Virus record (IMG/VR): IMGVR_UViG_3300022555_000042
Reading direction: 5' to 3' (one strand)
From: an uncultured virus (IMG/VR IMGVR_UViG_3300022555_000042)
Lineage: Duplodnaviria; Heunggongvirae; Uroviricota; Caudoviricetes
DNA: 64,000 bases
The notes beneath the pieces were generated by a model that worked only from the letters and a program-made list of their open reading frames with translations, was not told the DNA's origin and searched no databases. Position numbers and translations under genes: made by a program. This document shows positions 30,219 through 40,135 of this stretch, in pieces (within the stretch, counting starts at the first letter, position 1; each line of letters opens with the position of its first letter).

Positions 30219-31661
30219 ATGGTCAAGAACCCCGTAGATGGCCAAGTTATAACTGACAGTAGCGGAACAATGCTTCGCTACCATGCCGATATCAATGCCT
30301 GGATCAGCACCGGGGCTGTACTCAATACTCAGCTAGTCACCATCAAAGATGCTGGCTTAGTTTTCCCAGAGCTAGCTGCCCAGTTGGACAAGCTTTCTAA
30401 TGTCCCCACCTTCAAGATCTTTCAAAATCCTGATGCATATTATTACATCATCATCGGAGCGCGGGGATTCTATAATACCTCAGTGGAGGGGAATAATGTT
30501 CGGGTAGAATTAAACCGGGGGACGATTACCCGAACGTTATTCATGAAGGCCTGTCAGGGCGAAAGGGGGCCAAAGGGGTATGACGGCGTAGCTGGGGCGA
30601 ACGGGCTGCCTGGGCCTAATGAAATTTCTTTCGCGGTGGTTGTCGAGGGGGCCAAGCTGAGTTTTGTTGCTCCGGTTGCTGCGCCTCTCGATACTCAGGT
30701 TTCTATCCGGCTATATGTAAATCAATCTTTATCTCTTGAGATTTGGTATGATCCATTCGATCAGGGCACTAATGTATGGGAATTAGTCTCTAATATTAGT
30801 GGGATTGGGATTATGTCGGCTGAATTTGGGTACGCCGATGGGGACTTGTCGGTATCGCTGACTGGCGATAAAGAATGGGGCAGTGGGTGGTCGGCTAAGG
30901 CTCGTCAAAGGGGGCCGGTGGGATGGGTTGGGGTAGATGGGGAGTCTTTCTTAGAAGTAACCGAATCGGTGCTTTACAGCATTACTTCTTCGCAGTTCAC
31001 GATGAGCCTACGGAAGGCCAGTGACGATACTTTGTATATGGCCACGCAGACGCTCGGTGAGATGCCAGCGTTTCATTTGAGGCCCGTGAGCATCCAGAAT
31101 TTCAATTCCACATTTTTGTCCACTGATACCGTGGCTTCGGTGGAGCCATCTGTGGACAATAGCAAGCTATTGAGGAAGTGGCTGCTTCCAGCTTCTGATG
31201 ACAAGGCTGACCCTTTGGTTTTGCCGATATGGACGCCAGATCCGTCTTGCCTGCGGCAAGGTTTCAACGGTGTCGGGCTGGACACTCCTACTGATGAATT
31301 TGATTGGCATAGTCAGTTTACGGGTGACCAAGCTCTGCCGGTCAACATTGAATCCCCCGGAATGATTCCGAAGAGGTGTTGCCAGGAAGATTTTTATTTC
31401 TGCCCGAATCTTAATGAGGGTGTGTGTGATCCGAACCTGACGCCTGCGGCGGCTCCTGTCACCACTTTCTATTTCAGCCAGGACACTCCAGCCGCCACGT
31501 GGGAGATCATTCACAATGCTGGGAAGAGGCCGACTGATGTGGTGGCGCATGATATGGATGGAAATATAATTATTGGAGACATTAGTAATCCTGATGTCAA
31601 TACGACGATTATTACGTTCTCGTCGGCTATTGCCGGCAGGGCTGTCCTCAGTTTTCTGTAG
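30219..31661 (+). CDS. putative virion protein with collagen segment and C-terminal beta module
   Basis: NPVDGQV N-terminus, GERGPKGYDG, CCQEDFYFCPN, WEIIHNAG module. Confidence 0.7.
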   Translation: MVKNPVDGQVITDSSGTMLRYHADINAWISTGAVLNTQLVTIKDAGLVFPELAAQLDKLSNVPTFKIFQNPDAYYYIIIGARGFYNTSVEGNNVRVELNRGTITRTLFMKACQGERGPKGYDGVAGANGLPGPNEISFAVVVEGAKLSFVAPVAAPLDTQVSIRLYVNQSLSLEIWYDPFDQGTNVWELVSNISGIGIMSAEFGYADGDLSVSLTGDKEWGSGWSAKARQRGPVGWVGVDGESFLEVTESVLYSITSSQFTMSLRKASDDTLYMATQTLGEMPAFHLRPVSIQNFNSTFLSTDTVASVEPSVDNSKLLRKWLLPASDDKADPLVLPIWTPDPSCLRQGFNGVGLDTPTDEFDWHSQFTGDQALPVNIESPGMIPKRCCQEDFYFCPNLNEGVCDPNLTPAAAPVTTFYFSQDTPAATWEIIHNAGKRPTDVVAHDMDGNIIIGDISNPDVNTTIITFSSAIAGRAVLSFL

Positions 31662-31716
31662 ATATAGTACGGCTGAGGTCCACCACAAAGATAATTAAGA
31701 TCGATATAGGTGAACT

Positions 31717-32133
31717 ATGCCAGATGATATTATTGAGAGCAGCACTAATGCCTTGTTGTACAAGATCAGGAATCTTGTCTACTTGGACACTATTTTCTCG
31801 TTGGAGGAGGATTTTAATAGGATTGGGCTGACTGTGCAGCTATCGAGTGGCAATAGGGCCATACTGTGTAAGATTGTGGAGGGGCGCGCCGCTGCTTCTT
31901 CGGTTATGGATGATTATATGTTTCTTGGCTCATTTGCGGGCACAGAGGCCAAGCAGGAAGTGCCGCCCAAGCTGATTGCTACTTTATCTGACTTTGTGAT
32001 GAATAAGGCGGGGGCTTCGGCCAAGGTTACCAGTGCTCCTCGTAGGTGGCAACATGGTATTAAAACATATGGTCAGATCATCCGGATTCTTGATGAAGAT
32101 GTGCAAGTAATTGCACAGAATATTAATGGCTAG
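31717..32133 (+). CDS. hypothetical protein
   Basis: AGGTG RBS. Confidence 0.65.
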   Translation: MPDDIIESSTNALLYKIRNLVYLDTIFSLEEDFNRIGLTVQLSSGNRAILCKIVEGRAAASSVMDDYMFLGSFAGTEAKQEVPPKLIATLSDFVMNKAGASAKVTSAPRRWQHGIKTYGQIIRILDEDVQVIAQNING

Positions 32134-32620
32134 TTATAAAATTCCAGTGCCGTATGGCCGCGGTTTTAGAGGTGGTGATCCACCATCACCTCAGCAAATC
32201 GCAAAAGCCACTCGGGTGGCCGATCTTATTTTACACTCTTTAATTGGCAGGGTTGCAGCTAACGATAATTCTTCCTATGAATTTGATGTTCGGTACGATG
32301 AGAAGAGTGGGAAACTAGACTTAAATATTCCAGATGAATACTTAAATATTATTAGCCAGGTGGACAAGGGGGAGCGGCTCAATAGCTACATAGCGTGGTT
32401 AATTTCCGGCACTGGGGCAACGACTGAATTTAAGTATTCTCAGCCTGTGGATTCGGCAACGTGGACTATTGTTCATGACTTGGGTAGGAATCCAGCGACT
32501 GTTTCCACACACGACCAATTTGATAATACGATATTTGGTGATGTTTCTTATCCGGATATCAATACGGTGGTGATAACGTATTCGTCTGCTATCGCTGGGC
32601 ACGCCTTGCTGATTTTTTGA
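32126..32620 (+). CDS. putative virion protein sharing a C-terminal module with 30219
   Basis: ATWTIVHDLGRNP..GDVSYPDINTVVITYSSAIAG. Confidence 0.7.
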   Translation: MASYKIPVPYGRGFRGGDPPSPQQIAKATRVADLILHSLIGRVAANDNSSYEFDVRYDEKSGKLDLNIPDEYLNIISQVDKGERLNSYIAWLISGTGATTEFKYSQPVDSATWTIVHDLGRNPATVSTHDQFDNTIFGDVSYPDINTVVITYSSAIAGHALLIF

Positions 32621-32685
32621 TGTATGTGGTGGTGGAGGGGGCTGCTTGTAAATATAAGATAGTTTGGTTGTAGCTTGGTAGCGTA

Positions 32686-33936
32686 ATGTATAAATTTTTA
32701 ACCACCGTTGATCTTACTGGCAATCAGATTCTGAATCTGCGCCTGGAGAACCGGGCCGCTCCGCCTAGCACGCCTCAGGCTGGGTGGATTTATTTTGATA
32801 CTGCTGCCCATAAGTGCTACTATTATGATGGAACAAACTGGGTTGACATGAGCGGGGGCGGGGGGAGTGGGGCGTGTGGTTTAGCTGGTCCGTGCGGGTT
32901 GCAAGGCCCCTCTGGTCCGTCAGGCCCGTCCGGTGCAACTGGTCCATGCGGGGCTGGTCCTTGTGGTTTAGTTGGTCCTTGTGGGGCGTTGGGTCCATGT
33001 GGCCCATGCGGCGCTTTGGGTCCTTGCGGAGCATTAGGGCCATGTGGCCCTGTTGGATCTACTGGTCCTTGCGGTGTCGCCGGAGCGTGTGGTGTTCCGG
33101 GGGCGTGTGGAATTCCGGGCGCATGTGGGATTCCTGGCGCATGTGGTGCATTAGGTCCTTGCGGCGCTCTGGGGCCTTGTGGCCCAATTGGGTCAACTGG
33201 CCCTTGCGGTGCTTTAGGGCCATGCGGGGCTTTAGGATCATGTGGTCCTATTGGCTCGTGCGGCTTGGTCGGCCCATGCGGGGCATTAGGACCTTGTGGT
33301 CCCATTGGCTCTACTGGTCCGTGTGGCGCGATTGGTCCATGTGGAGCAGTAGGCCCGTGCGGTGTGGCCGGGGCGTGTGGGGTTCCAGGAGCATGTGGCG
33401 CATTAGGTCCCTGTGGACCCATTGGGTCTACTGGTCCTTGCGGAGCGGTTGGGCCTTGCGGCGTAGACGGTGCGTGCGGTTTAGTTGGCCCGTGTGGTGC
33501 TTTAGGTCCCTGCGGAGCATTAGGCTCAACTGGTCCATGTGGAGCGCTAGGACCCTGTGGCCCAATTGGTCCTTGTGGGGCATTAGGACCTTGCGGCCCA
33601 ATCGGATCAACTGGACCCTGTGGCCCCGTTGGTTCTACAGGCTCATGTGGGGCAATTGGCTCTACCGGTCCGTGTGGGGCTGTCGGGCCTTGTGGGGCAC
33701 TAGGAGCGGTAGGACCCTGTGGGGCACTGGGATCCTGTGGAGCATTAGGACCCTGTGGCCCATGCGGGGCAATTGGTTCTACTGGCCCATGCGGTGCTTT
33801 AGGACCATGCGGACCATGCGGAGCATTGGGGGCATGCGGCCCCCTGGGGCCTTGTGGGGCTGTTGGGCCATGTGGGGCGGCAGGTGGGGGGGCAGCTGGG
33901 TCCACAGCACGATTGTTTATGCTAATGGGCGCATAG
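32686..33936 (+). CDS. cysteine-rich collagen-like fibre protein
   Basis: About 110 Gly-X-Y triplets, about 50 being GPC/GAC/GSC; N-terminal GWIYFDT..YYYDGTNW. Confidence 0.85.
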   Translation: MYKFLTTVDLTGNQILNLRLENRAAPPSTPQAGWIYFDTAAHKCYYYDGTNWVDMSGGGGSGACGLAGPCGLQGPSGPSGPSGATGPCGAGPCGLVGPCGALGPCGPCGALGPCGALGPCGPVGSTGPCGVAGACGVPGACGIPGACGIPGACGALGPCGALGPCGPIGSTGPCGALGPCGALGSCGPIGSCGLVGPCGALGPCGPIGSTGPCGAIGPCGAVGPCGVAGACGVPGACGALGPCGPIGSTGPCGAVGPCGVDGACGLVGPCGALGPCGALGSTGPCGALGPCGPIGPCGALGPCGPIGSTGPCGPVGSTGSCGAIGSTGPCGAVGPCGALGAVGPCGALGSCGALGPCGPCGAIGSTGPCGALGPCGPCGALGACGPLGPCGAVGPCGAAGGGAAGSTARLFMLMGA

Positions 33937-33945
33937 GAGTATAAA

Positions 33946-34275
33946 ATGGCTGACACTATCCAAGTTTTAAGTCAGACTAATCCTCAAGCTGGCGCTTTGA
34001 CTAATGCCTATACAGTGCCTGGGGCTACTAGTACTGTTATATCAACCATAACAGTATGTAACTCTGGTGGATCCACAGCCACCTTTAATATATCAATAGC
34101 TGTTGGGGGAGCAGCCGACACTATTGCCCAATATATTTACTATGGAGTTAGTATTCCAGCTCACAACACTTTTTCAGCGACTATTGGTATAAGCTTGGCT
34201 ACTACTGATATTGTTAGGGTTTATGCCTCAACCTCTATGCTGTCGTTTAATTTCTTTGGAGTACAAGTAACCTAA
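33946..34275 (+). CDS. small beta-rich virion-type protein
   Basis: YTVPGATSTVISTITVCN..FNFFG; AGGAG RBS. Confidence 0.7.
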   Translation: MADTIQVLSQTNPQAGALTNAYTVPGATSTVISTITVCNSGGSTATFNISIAVGGAADTIAQYIYYGVSIPAHNTFSATIGISLATTDIVRVYASTSMLSFNFFGVQVT

Positions 34276-35300
34276 TGGCTCAAGGATTAATAACAAATAC
34301 CACGCGAATCGTTGACCCAACTGGGAATATTGCTCCCACAAGCAATAATGGGTTAATGGTTGATTCTCCATCCATTAAGAATCTTCTGAGTGAGCGGTTG
34401 TCTTTGTTGCGGGATATAGAAGATTATCTTGAGATGCTATCGCAGACTGGGGTTAGGGGGGCAGCGGCTTCGTTGCCTATATCTGTAGCTAATGATCAAA
34501 TAGTAGCGACGAGCATACCAGATGTAACGGTGAGTGGACAAATAAACTCTACCGGCACTTTACATCCTACTACTTTTATTCCCGGTACTTTTGTTGATAT
34601 AGAGTTGAGTGGGCACTCAGTAGTAGCCGGGCAAGCTATGGGTTTGCCAACCGTGTCCTCATACTTACTACCATACGCATCATTGGATGGCATAAATTTT
34701 GTCCCGACGCCCGCTATTAATTCTGCTGGCGGCCTTGCGGCGTCGAAGTATGGATTTTATGTAGCAAATTATCCATGGTTATTTTTGGTCCCATGTTCTG
34801 GGTATAAAAGGGTGCGAATATTAAACACATCGGGAGGGATGCCCGGCGGTGTGCAAGTTACTCTCCGTGCCTCCGCAGCCATGCCAATGAATTATCTGTC
34901 TTTGCTTCTCTCCAGTGCTGCCAATACCTCTCTAACTGGTGTTCAATATGCGTACTCATATGTCGGCTCGGCCGCATCTACTCTAGTCCCTCGTTTTTAT
35001 CAAGGGCTACAACGGGCCGTGATTTATGCCGCCGCAGATCAACTTTTTAGTTTATATATCAATAATTTCAATGATTTTTCTATTTATCTTCTATTTTATA
35101 ACACAACCACTATTGCCAATATCTTAAGTGCCACACCAAATATGGTGATCTCGGTCCCACCGGGACTCACCACTATTAATTCTGGTAATTTTAATATGTA
35201 TAATTTATCATCTGGGTTGTGTTTGGCAGCTTCTCAATCTCCTTATTCTTATGTCCCATTGCAACTTGGACCAGATGTGACTACTTTTACAGGAATTTGA
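34275..35300 (+). CDS. array A paralogue 1 of 5, putative fibre/decoration subunit
   Basis: YLEMLSQTG..AASLPISVANDQIVATSIPDV, PCSGYK, PMNYLS, LGPDVT. Confidence 0.75.
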   Translation: MAQGLITNTTRIVDPTGNIAPTSNNGLMVDSPSIKNLLSERLSLLRDIEDYLEMLSQTGVRGAAASLPISVANDQIVATSIPDVTVSGQINSTGTLHPTTFIPGTFVDIELSGHSVVAGQAMGLPTVSSYLLPYASLDGINFVPTPAINSAGGLAASKYGFYVANYPWLFLVPCSGYKRVRILNTSGGMPGGVQVTLRASAAMPMNYLSLLLSSAANTSLTGVQYAYSYVGSAASTLVPRFYQGLQRAVIYAAADQLFSLYINNFNDFSIYLLFYNTTTIANILSATPNMVISVPPGLTTINSGNFNMYNLSSGLCLAASQSPYSYVPLQLGPDVTTFTGI

Positions 35301-36299
35301 ATGCAAGGTTTGTCTGAAAATCTTACGCAAACTATTGATCCTAATGGGAACATCGCCCAGATTGATCCAGTCGATGGATTGGCGGTGGATTCCTCGCAAG
35401 CCAAGATGCTGTTGTGCAGGCAAATCCAGTCTCTTAAGAAGACTCGTGATTATTTAGAGATACTATCGCAAACTGGGGCCAGGAGTGCCGCTGCATCGTT
35501 GCCAGTAGCAGTAGCGAATGACCAAATAGTTGCTACAAGCATACCGGATGTAACGGTGAGTGGGATTGTACCTACAAATGGCGGTATATTAAGTATTGAC
35601 TTAAACGGACATTCTGTGGTTGCCGTGTATATGTATACAGCGGATAATGGACTTGGTTTTTATCCACAGGCATCAATTGATGGTGTAAATTATGTGACGG
35701 TAGTTGGTATCACTTTAACATCTTGGTATAACTTTCCAAATCTTGCCGGTCTTACTGCCTCCGCATTTAACACCGCCGGAGCGGGCGGAGGGGGGCCTGT
35801 GCTCATTCCATGTGCCGGGTATAAGTCAGTGCGGATAGTTACAAATCGTGGAGTTGTTGGCAGAACTACTATTATTCTTCGTGCTTCTGTTGCTTTCCCA
35901 ATGAATTATCTCTCCTTATTATTTAACAATCACGCTAATGCGCAGTTTGGTGTAGCTCAATCAATATCTAAAGCCAACACTCTTGTCCCACGCTTCTACA
36001 AAGGCTTACAAAAAGTAGTCAATAATGCAGCGGCTACAGTTTTGTCTAACATGCTGGTTAATAATCCTAATGACTTTACGATTTATCTGTTGCTATACAA
36101 CACTAATACCAACGCCCTTTTGATGAATGCGGCAATTTATTATGCTATTCCGGTTGCCCCCGGTTTTTCAACAATTCCAGCCAGCAACTTTGGTTTAGGG
36201 GCATTTACTACTGGGCTATGTATAGCAGCATCGCAGTCTGCTACTGTTTATTCTCCCCTGCAATTGGGTCCGGATGTAACGATTTTCACGAGCACATAA
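35301..36299 (+). CDS. array A paralogue 2 of 5
   Basis: Same conserved blocks. Confidence 0.75.
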   Translation: MQGLSENLTQTIDPNGNIAQIDPVDGLAVDSSQAKMLLCRQIQSLKKTRDYLEILSQTGARSAAASLPVAVANDQIVATSIPDVTVSGIVPTNGGILSIDLNGHSVVAVYMYTADNGLGFYPQASIDGVNYVTVVGITLTSWYNFPNLAGLTASAFNTAGAGGGGPVLIPCAGYKSVRIVTNRGVVGRTTIILRASVAFPMNYLSLLFNNHANAQFGVAQSISKANTLVPRFYKGLQKVVNNAAATVLSNMLVNNPNDFTIYLLLYNTNTNALLMNAAIYYAIPVAPGFSTIPASNFGLGAFTTGLCIAASQSATVYSPLQLGPDVTIFTST

Positions 36300-36300
36300 T

Positions 36301-37344
36301 ATGGCACAAGGCTTACTTACAACTTCAACGCAGATTGCTGACCAAGATGGAAAAGTGGTTCCAGTTGATCCCACTAATGGTTTGAGCGTGGATTCTCCAT
36401 CCATTAAGGAGTTACTGGATCAATCTTCTGACTCTATTCAAAATATTAGTAATTACTTAGAGATATTAAGTCAGACTGGAACCAAAAATGCCGCAGCATC
36501 CTTGCCAGTGGCGGTAGCTAATGACCAAGTAGTGGCTACTTCAATACCGGATGTGGTAGTAAGCGGGCAGATTGTGAGAGCAAATACTGGCGGTCTCGCC
36601 TCGCTTCCGCCCACGCCCGGCTCTTTCATTGATATTCAGCTAAATGGGCACTCAACAGTAACAGTTCAGGCAATAAGCCAGCCTAATAATTCATATACCT
36701 TAATGGTGTTTGTATCATTAGATGGTACAAATTTTGTGAATTTTGTATCATTAGGTGGTACAAATTTTGTGAATATTGCAGCGCCTGATATGAATATGGG
36801 CAATTTAACTGGTGGTTCTATCCTAAAAGGTGGATACGCTGCTGGCAATTATATTTCTATTGTTCCATGTGCTGGATATAAAGTAGTTCGATTGGTGTGC
36901 TCTTATCTTTCTAGTAGTTTTGCGAATGTTACTCTCAGTGCCTCCTCCGCCATGCCGATGAATTATCTCTCTTTACTCCTTTCTCTCCAAGCTAACACTT
37001 CTGTTACTATGTCCCAATCGACTACGCCAGTTGATTTGGTGCCCAGATTTATACCAAATCTATCTACAAAATTCCTTGCGCTCTATAATTTCTGTTTTGG
37101 ATTAATCATTAACAACCCAAATGATTTTACTATTTATTTGCTCTTTTTCAATGCGAACTCGGTTAGTCCCAATACTCCGATCTACTTTGTTTTGTCTATT
37201 CCTCCAGGCTTCTCTACAATACCCATAGGTAATTTTTCTATAGGAAATTATACAACTGGGTTATGTGTTGCTGCATCGTCGTCTCCTATAAGTTATATCA
37301 AACTTCCTATTGGTCCAGATGTTACAATATTTTCTAGTTCATAA
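36301..37344 (+). CDS. array A paralogue 3 of 5
   Basis: Same blocks plus an internal 33-nt duplication. Confidence 0.75.
   Translation: MAQGLLTTSTQIADQDGKVVPVDPTNGLSVDSPSIKELLDQSSDSIQNISNYLEILSQTGTKNAAASLPVAVANDQVVATSIPDVVVSGQIVRANTGGLASLPPTPGSFIDIQLNGHSTVTVQAISQPNNSYTLMVFVSLDGTNFVNFVSLGGTNFVNIAAPDMNMGNLTGGSILKGGYAAGNYISIVPCAGYKVVRLVCSYLSSSFANVTLSASSAMPMNYLSLLLSLQANTSVTMSQSTTPVDLVPRFIPNLSTKFLALYNFCFGLIINNPNDFTIYLLFFNANSVSPNTPIYFVLSIPPGFSTIPIGNFSIGNYTTGLCVAASSSPISYIKLPIGPDVTIFSSS
36709..36774 (+). repeat. 33-nt in-frame tandem duplication
   Basis: FVSLDGTNFVN / FVSLGGTNFVN, one nucleotide mismatch. Confidence 0.9.
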
Positions 37345-37352
37345 GGATTAAA

Positions 37353-38357
37353 ATGGCTCATGGGCTTACAACTGCAATTACACAAATTACTGATGATAGG
37401 AGTAATGTAGCTATTATCGATCCAGTAAATGGGCTTGAAGTAGACGATCCGTCTCTGGTTGCTACTTTACGAGAACAATCCAAAGTCTTTAAAAACATTA
37501 GGGATTATTTAGAAATATTAAGTCAAACGGGGGTTAGAGGTTCTGCTGCATCATTACCAGTAGCAATAGCTAATGACCAAGTGGTGGCTACAAGCATACC
37601 AGATGTAGTGGTAAGTGGTACGATAAATAAAATCGCTGTCAACGCACTCTTCGCCCTTCCGGGCTCCTATATCGACATAGACTTAAATGGACACTCGATA
37701 GTTACGGTCCAAGCCACCGGAACCATTCAGAGTATTGCTTATTATATTTATGCGTCATTAGATGGGGTAAATTTTGTAAATTGTAGCGGTGGGTCAATCT
37801 ATAAAAACTATACCCAAGGATTCAATCCATATACTGATGGCGCAATCTGTTGGTTTCCGTGTGCCGGATACAAACGATGGAGAATGGTAGCCGTATCTAC
37901 TATTACTGGGCTTGCTACCTTTACTCTCCGAGCATCAGTTGCTCCCCCAATGAATTATCTTTCTTCGCTTCTAACCTATACGAATACTGTTTTTGGCACC
38001 GTTCAACCAGTATTAGCTGCCGCTGACAGTTATAGGCCGACGTTAACACCATATTATTACAAAAACTTACAACGAAAAGTAGTTAGTGGGGCTAACACTC
38101 TATTTGGCTTTACTGCTAACAATCCAAATGATTCATTAGTGTATTTATTATTTTATAATCTATCAACCTTACCTACGCTGCTAAATGGAACTCCAACCCT
38201 AGTTATTCCAATACCACCAGGGCAATCTTCTTATCCAGTGAGCAATTTTGGCTTGGGAACTTTTACGACAGGGATATGCTTGGCGGCATCAATGACTTCA
38301 TCTAATTATGCTCCAGCACCATTAGGCCCAGATGTAACAATATATATTAGAGTGTAA
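37353..38357 (+). CDS. array A paralogue 4 of 5
   Basis: Same conserved blocks. Confidence 0.75.
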   Translation: MAHGLTTAITQITDDRSNVAIIDPVNGLEVDDPSLVATLREQSKVFKNIRDYLEILSQTGVRGSAASLPVAIANDQVVATSIPDVVVSGTINKIAVNALFALPGSYIDIDLNGHSIVTVQATGTIQSIAYYIYASLDGVNFVNCSGGSIYKNYTQGFNPYTDGAICWFPCAGYKRWRMVAVSTITGLATFTLRASVAPPMNYLSSLLTYTNTVFGTVQPVLAAADSYRPTLTPYYYKNLQRKVVSGANTLFGFTANNPNDSLVYLLFYNLSTLPTLLNGTPTLVIPIPPGQSSYPVSNFGLGTFTTGICLAASMTSSNYAPAPLGPDVTIYIRV

Positions 38358-38358
38358 T

Positions 38359-39393
38359 GTGGCACAAAACTTAGCAAATCAAATTACACAGATAAATGAT
38401 CTGAATGGGAATATTGCGCAAATTGACCCAGTGAGTGGTCTGGCTGTAAACTCCCCGTCCGTCAACGAGATACTTGAAGAGCAATTGGAGACGATGCAGG
38501 ATATTGAAAATTATTTGGAAGCACTATCGCAAACTGGGATGGGGAGTTCTGCTGCATCGTTGCCGGTAACCATAGCAAATGACCAAGTGGTAGCTACAAG
38601 CATGCCAGATGTGGTAGTGAGCGGACGGATAACAGTAACCGCCCCAAGCTACATTGGCTCTGGTGTAAGTCAATCATTCATTAAAGGATCATATGTTGAT
38701 ATATCCCTAAATGGGCATTCCATAGTTGCTGCCGGAATTGATAGTTATGGTGTTGCTTCGACAGGCTACATTTATGCGGCGTATTCGCTAGACGGCATAT
38801 ATTATTCAGTAGTCCCAAAACTTGTAATATTATCAAATTCATACGCAATGCCATCTGGCAACGCACAGGGCACTTCAGCCTCAGCGCCTGATATATTTCT
38901 TATTCCATGTAGTGGATATAAAATAGTTCGGCTTATTGCTTGGACCGGAACGGGTGGGGCGTCTATTACTCTTCGGGCATCAACAGCATTTCCTATGAAT
39001 TACCTCTCTGTGCTTACTTCATTATACACTAATAATTCAGTTACTATTGTCCAATCTATCACCAATGCCGCAACTTTAATCCCTCGGTTTTATCCTGCTC
39101 TTCAACGTTGTCTAATCACAGCCGCCGCCAATAGTAGCATGAGCATAATTGCCAATAACCCTAATGATATCCTAATATACTTACTATTCTATAATATAGC
39201 CAGTTATTCTGGGATGTTTAGCGGCACTGTTTTATATACCATTGCTTTACCACCTGGTCCCTACGTTGTCCCCGCAGGGAATTTTAGTTTAGGATCTTTT
39301 ACTACTGGATTGTGTATAGCTGCCTCTACCTCACCTTATTCATATGCCCCACCAGCATTAGGTCCAGACGTAACAATTTTTGCAGGTAGTTAA
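38359..39393 (+). CDS. array A paralogue 5 of 5
   Basis: Same conserved blocks; GTG start. Confidence 0.75.
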   Translation: MAQNLANQITQINDLNGNIAQIDPVSGLAVNSPSVNEILEEQLETMQDIENYLEALSQTGMGSSAASLPVTIANDQVVATSMPDVVVSGRITVTAPSYIGSGVSQSFIKGSYVDISLNGHSIVAAGIDSYGVASTGYIYAAYSLDGIYYSVVPKLVILSNSYAMPSGNAQGTSASAPDIFLIPCSGYKIVRLIAWTGTGGASITLRASTAFPMNYLSVLTSLYTNNSVTIVQSITNAATLIPRFYPALQRCLITAAANSSMSIIANNPNDILIYLLFYNIASYSGMFSGTVLYTIALPPGPYVVPAGNFSLGSFTTGLCIAASTSPYSYAPPALGPDVTIFAGS

Positions 39394-39461
39394 AGGAAAA
39401 CATAAAAGAGAATAGATGCCAAAACTGTACATAAAACTAGCTAGTTGTCTAGGAGAAAAAT

Positions 39462-40112
39462 ATGATAGCTGAAATCCAAGTTGGTCCACAAATTCTCGCT
39501 AATGGTGTTCGCCCAGCCGCCCGTGGAGATCGTAGCGCAGCCCTGGCAGTAACTGATGCCCATGCTCGTTTCCAGGAGGCTGTGCTTAATGGTAACGTTT
39601 TTGGGCTATGCCTAACCGCAGTAACTACTAACCCACAAGCGGGTAATTACTTGCCCACCTCTGGTGCCACCGCTGCCTCCACTAATTTTACAATCTGGAA
39701 TCCAATTGGCTCAGGCGTAAATTTAGTTCTCTGGCAATTTAATTTGGGGTATGTTTCTGGTACTCCGGCGGCTGGTCCTGTATGGCACTGCTTATATAAT
39801 GCTCAAGCTGTCTCAGCAGCAGTTACTGGCACAGCTAGAAATTTGATGGGACAGCTTTCTGGACCCCACGCAGCATATGTTGCTAGTGCTGGTGGGGTTA
39901 CAATGACCGGCCAACAAGCCCCATACCAAGTCTGCATGGCTAATTTTTCAGGTACAGCCATTGCCCAAGCTGTAGCTTATCCAGTGAATACTACTGACTT
40001 GCTTGAAGGTAAAATTATTGTTCCGCAAGGCATGGGCTGGGTTCCACTACTGGCTGGCGCAGGAACATATGTTGTTGGCTTTTCAGTTGTCTGGGAAGAA
40101 ATTCCGAGCTAG
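39462..40112 (+). CDS. array B paralogue 1 of 4
   Basis: HARFQEAV..GNVF, IWNPIGSG, CMANF, GKIIVPQGMGW, VWEEIP. Confidence 0.75.
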   Translation: MIAEIQVGPQILANGVRPAARGDRSAALAVTDAHARFQEAVLNGNVFGLCLTAVTTNPQAGNYLPTSGATAASTNFTIWNPIGSGVNLVLWQFNLGYVSGTPAAGPVWHCLYNAQAVSAAVTGTARNLMGQLSGPHAAYVASAGGVTMTGQQAPYQVCMANFSGTAIAQAVAYPVNTTDLLEGKIIVPQGMGWVPLLAGAGTYVVGFSVVWEEIPS

Positions 40113-40135
40113 TCCCAGACTAATTAGGAGCAAAT

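Noticed and set aside
32823..33956. Long alternative-frame and antisense ORFs over the collagen
   Set aside because: Expected shadows of a GGN-rich triplet repeat with few stop codons
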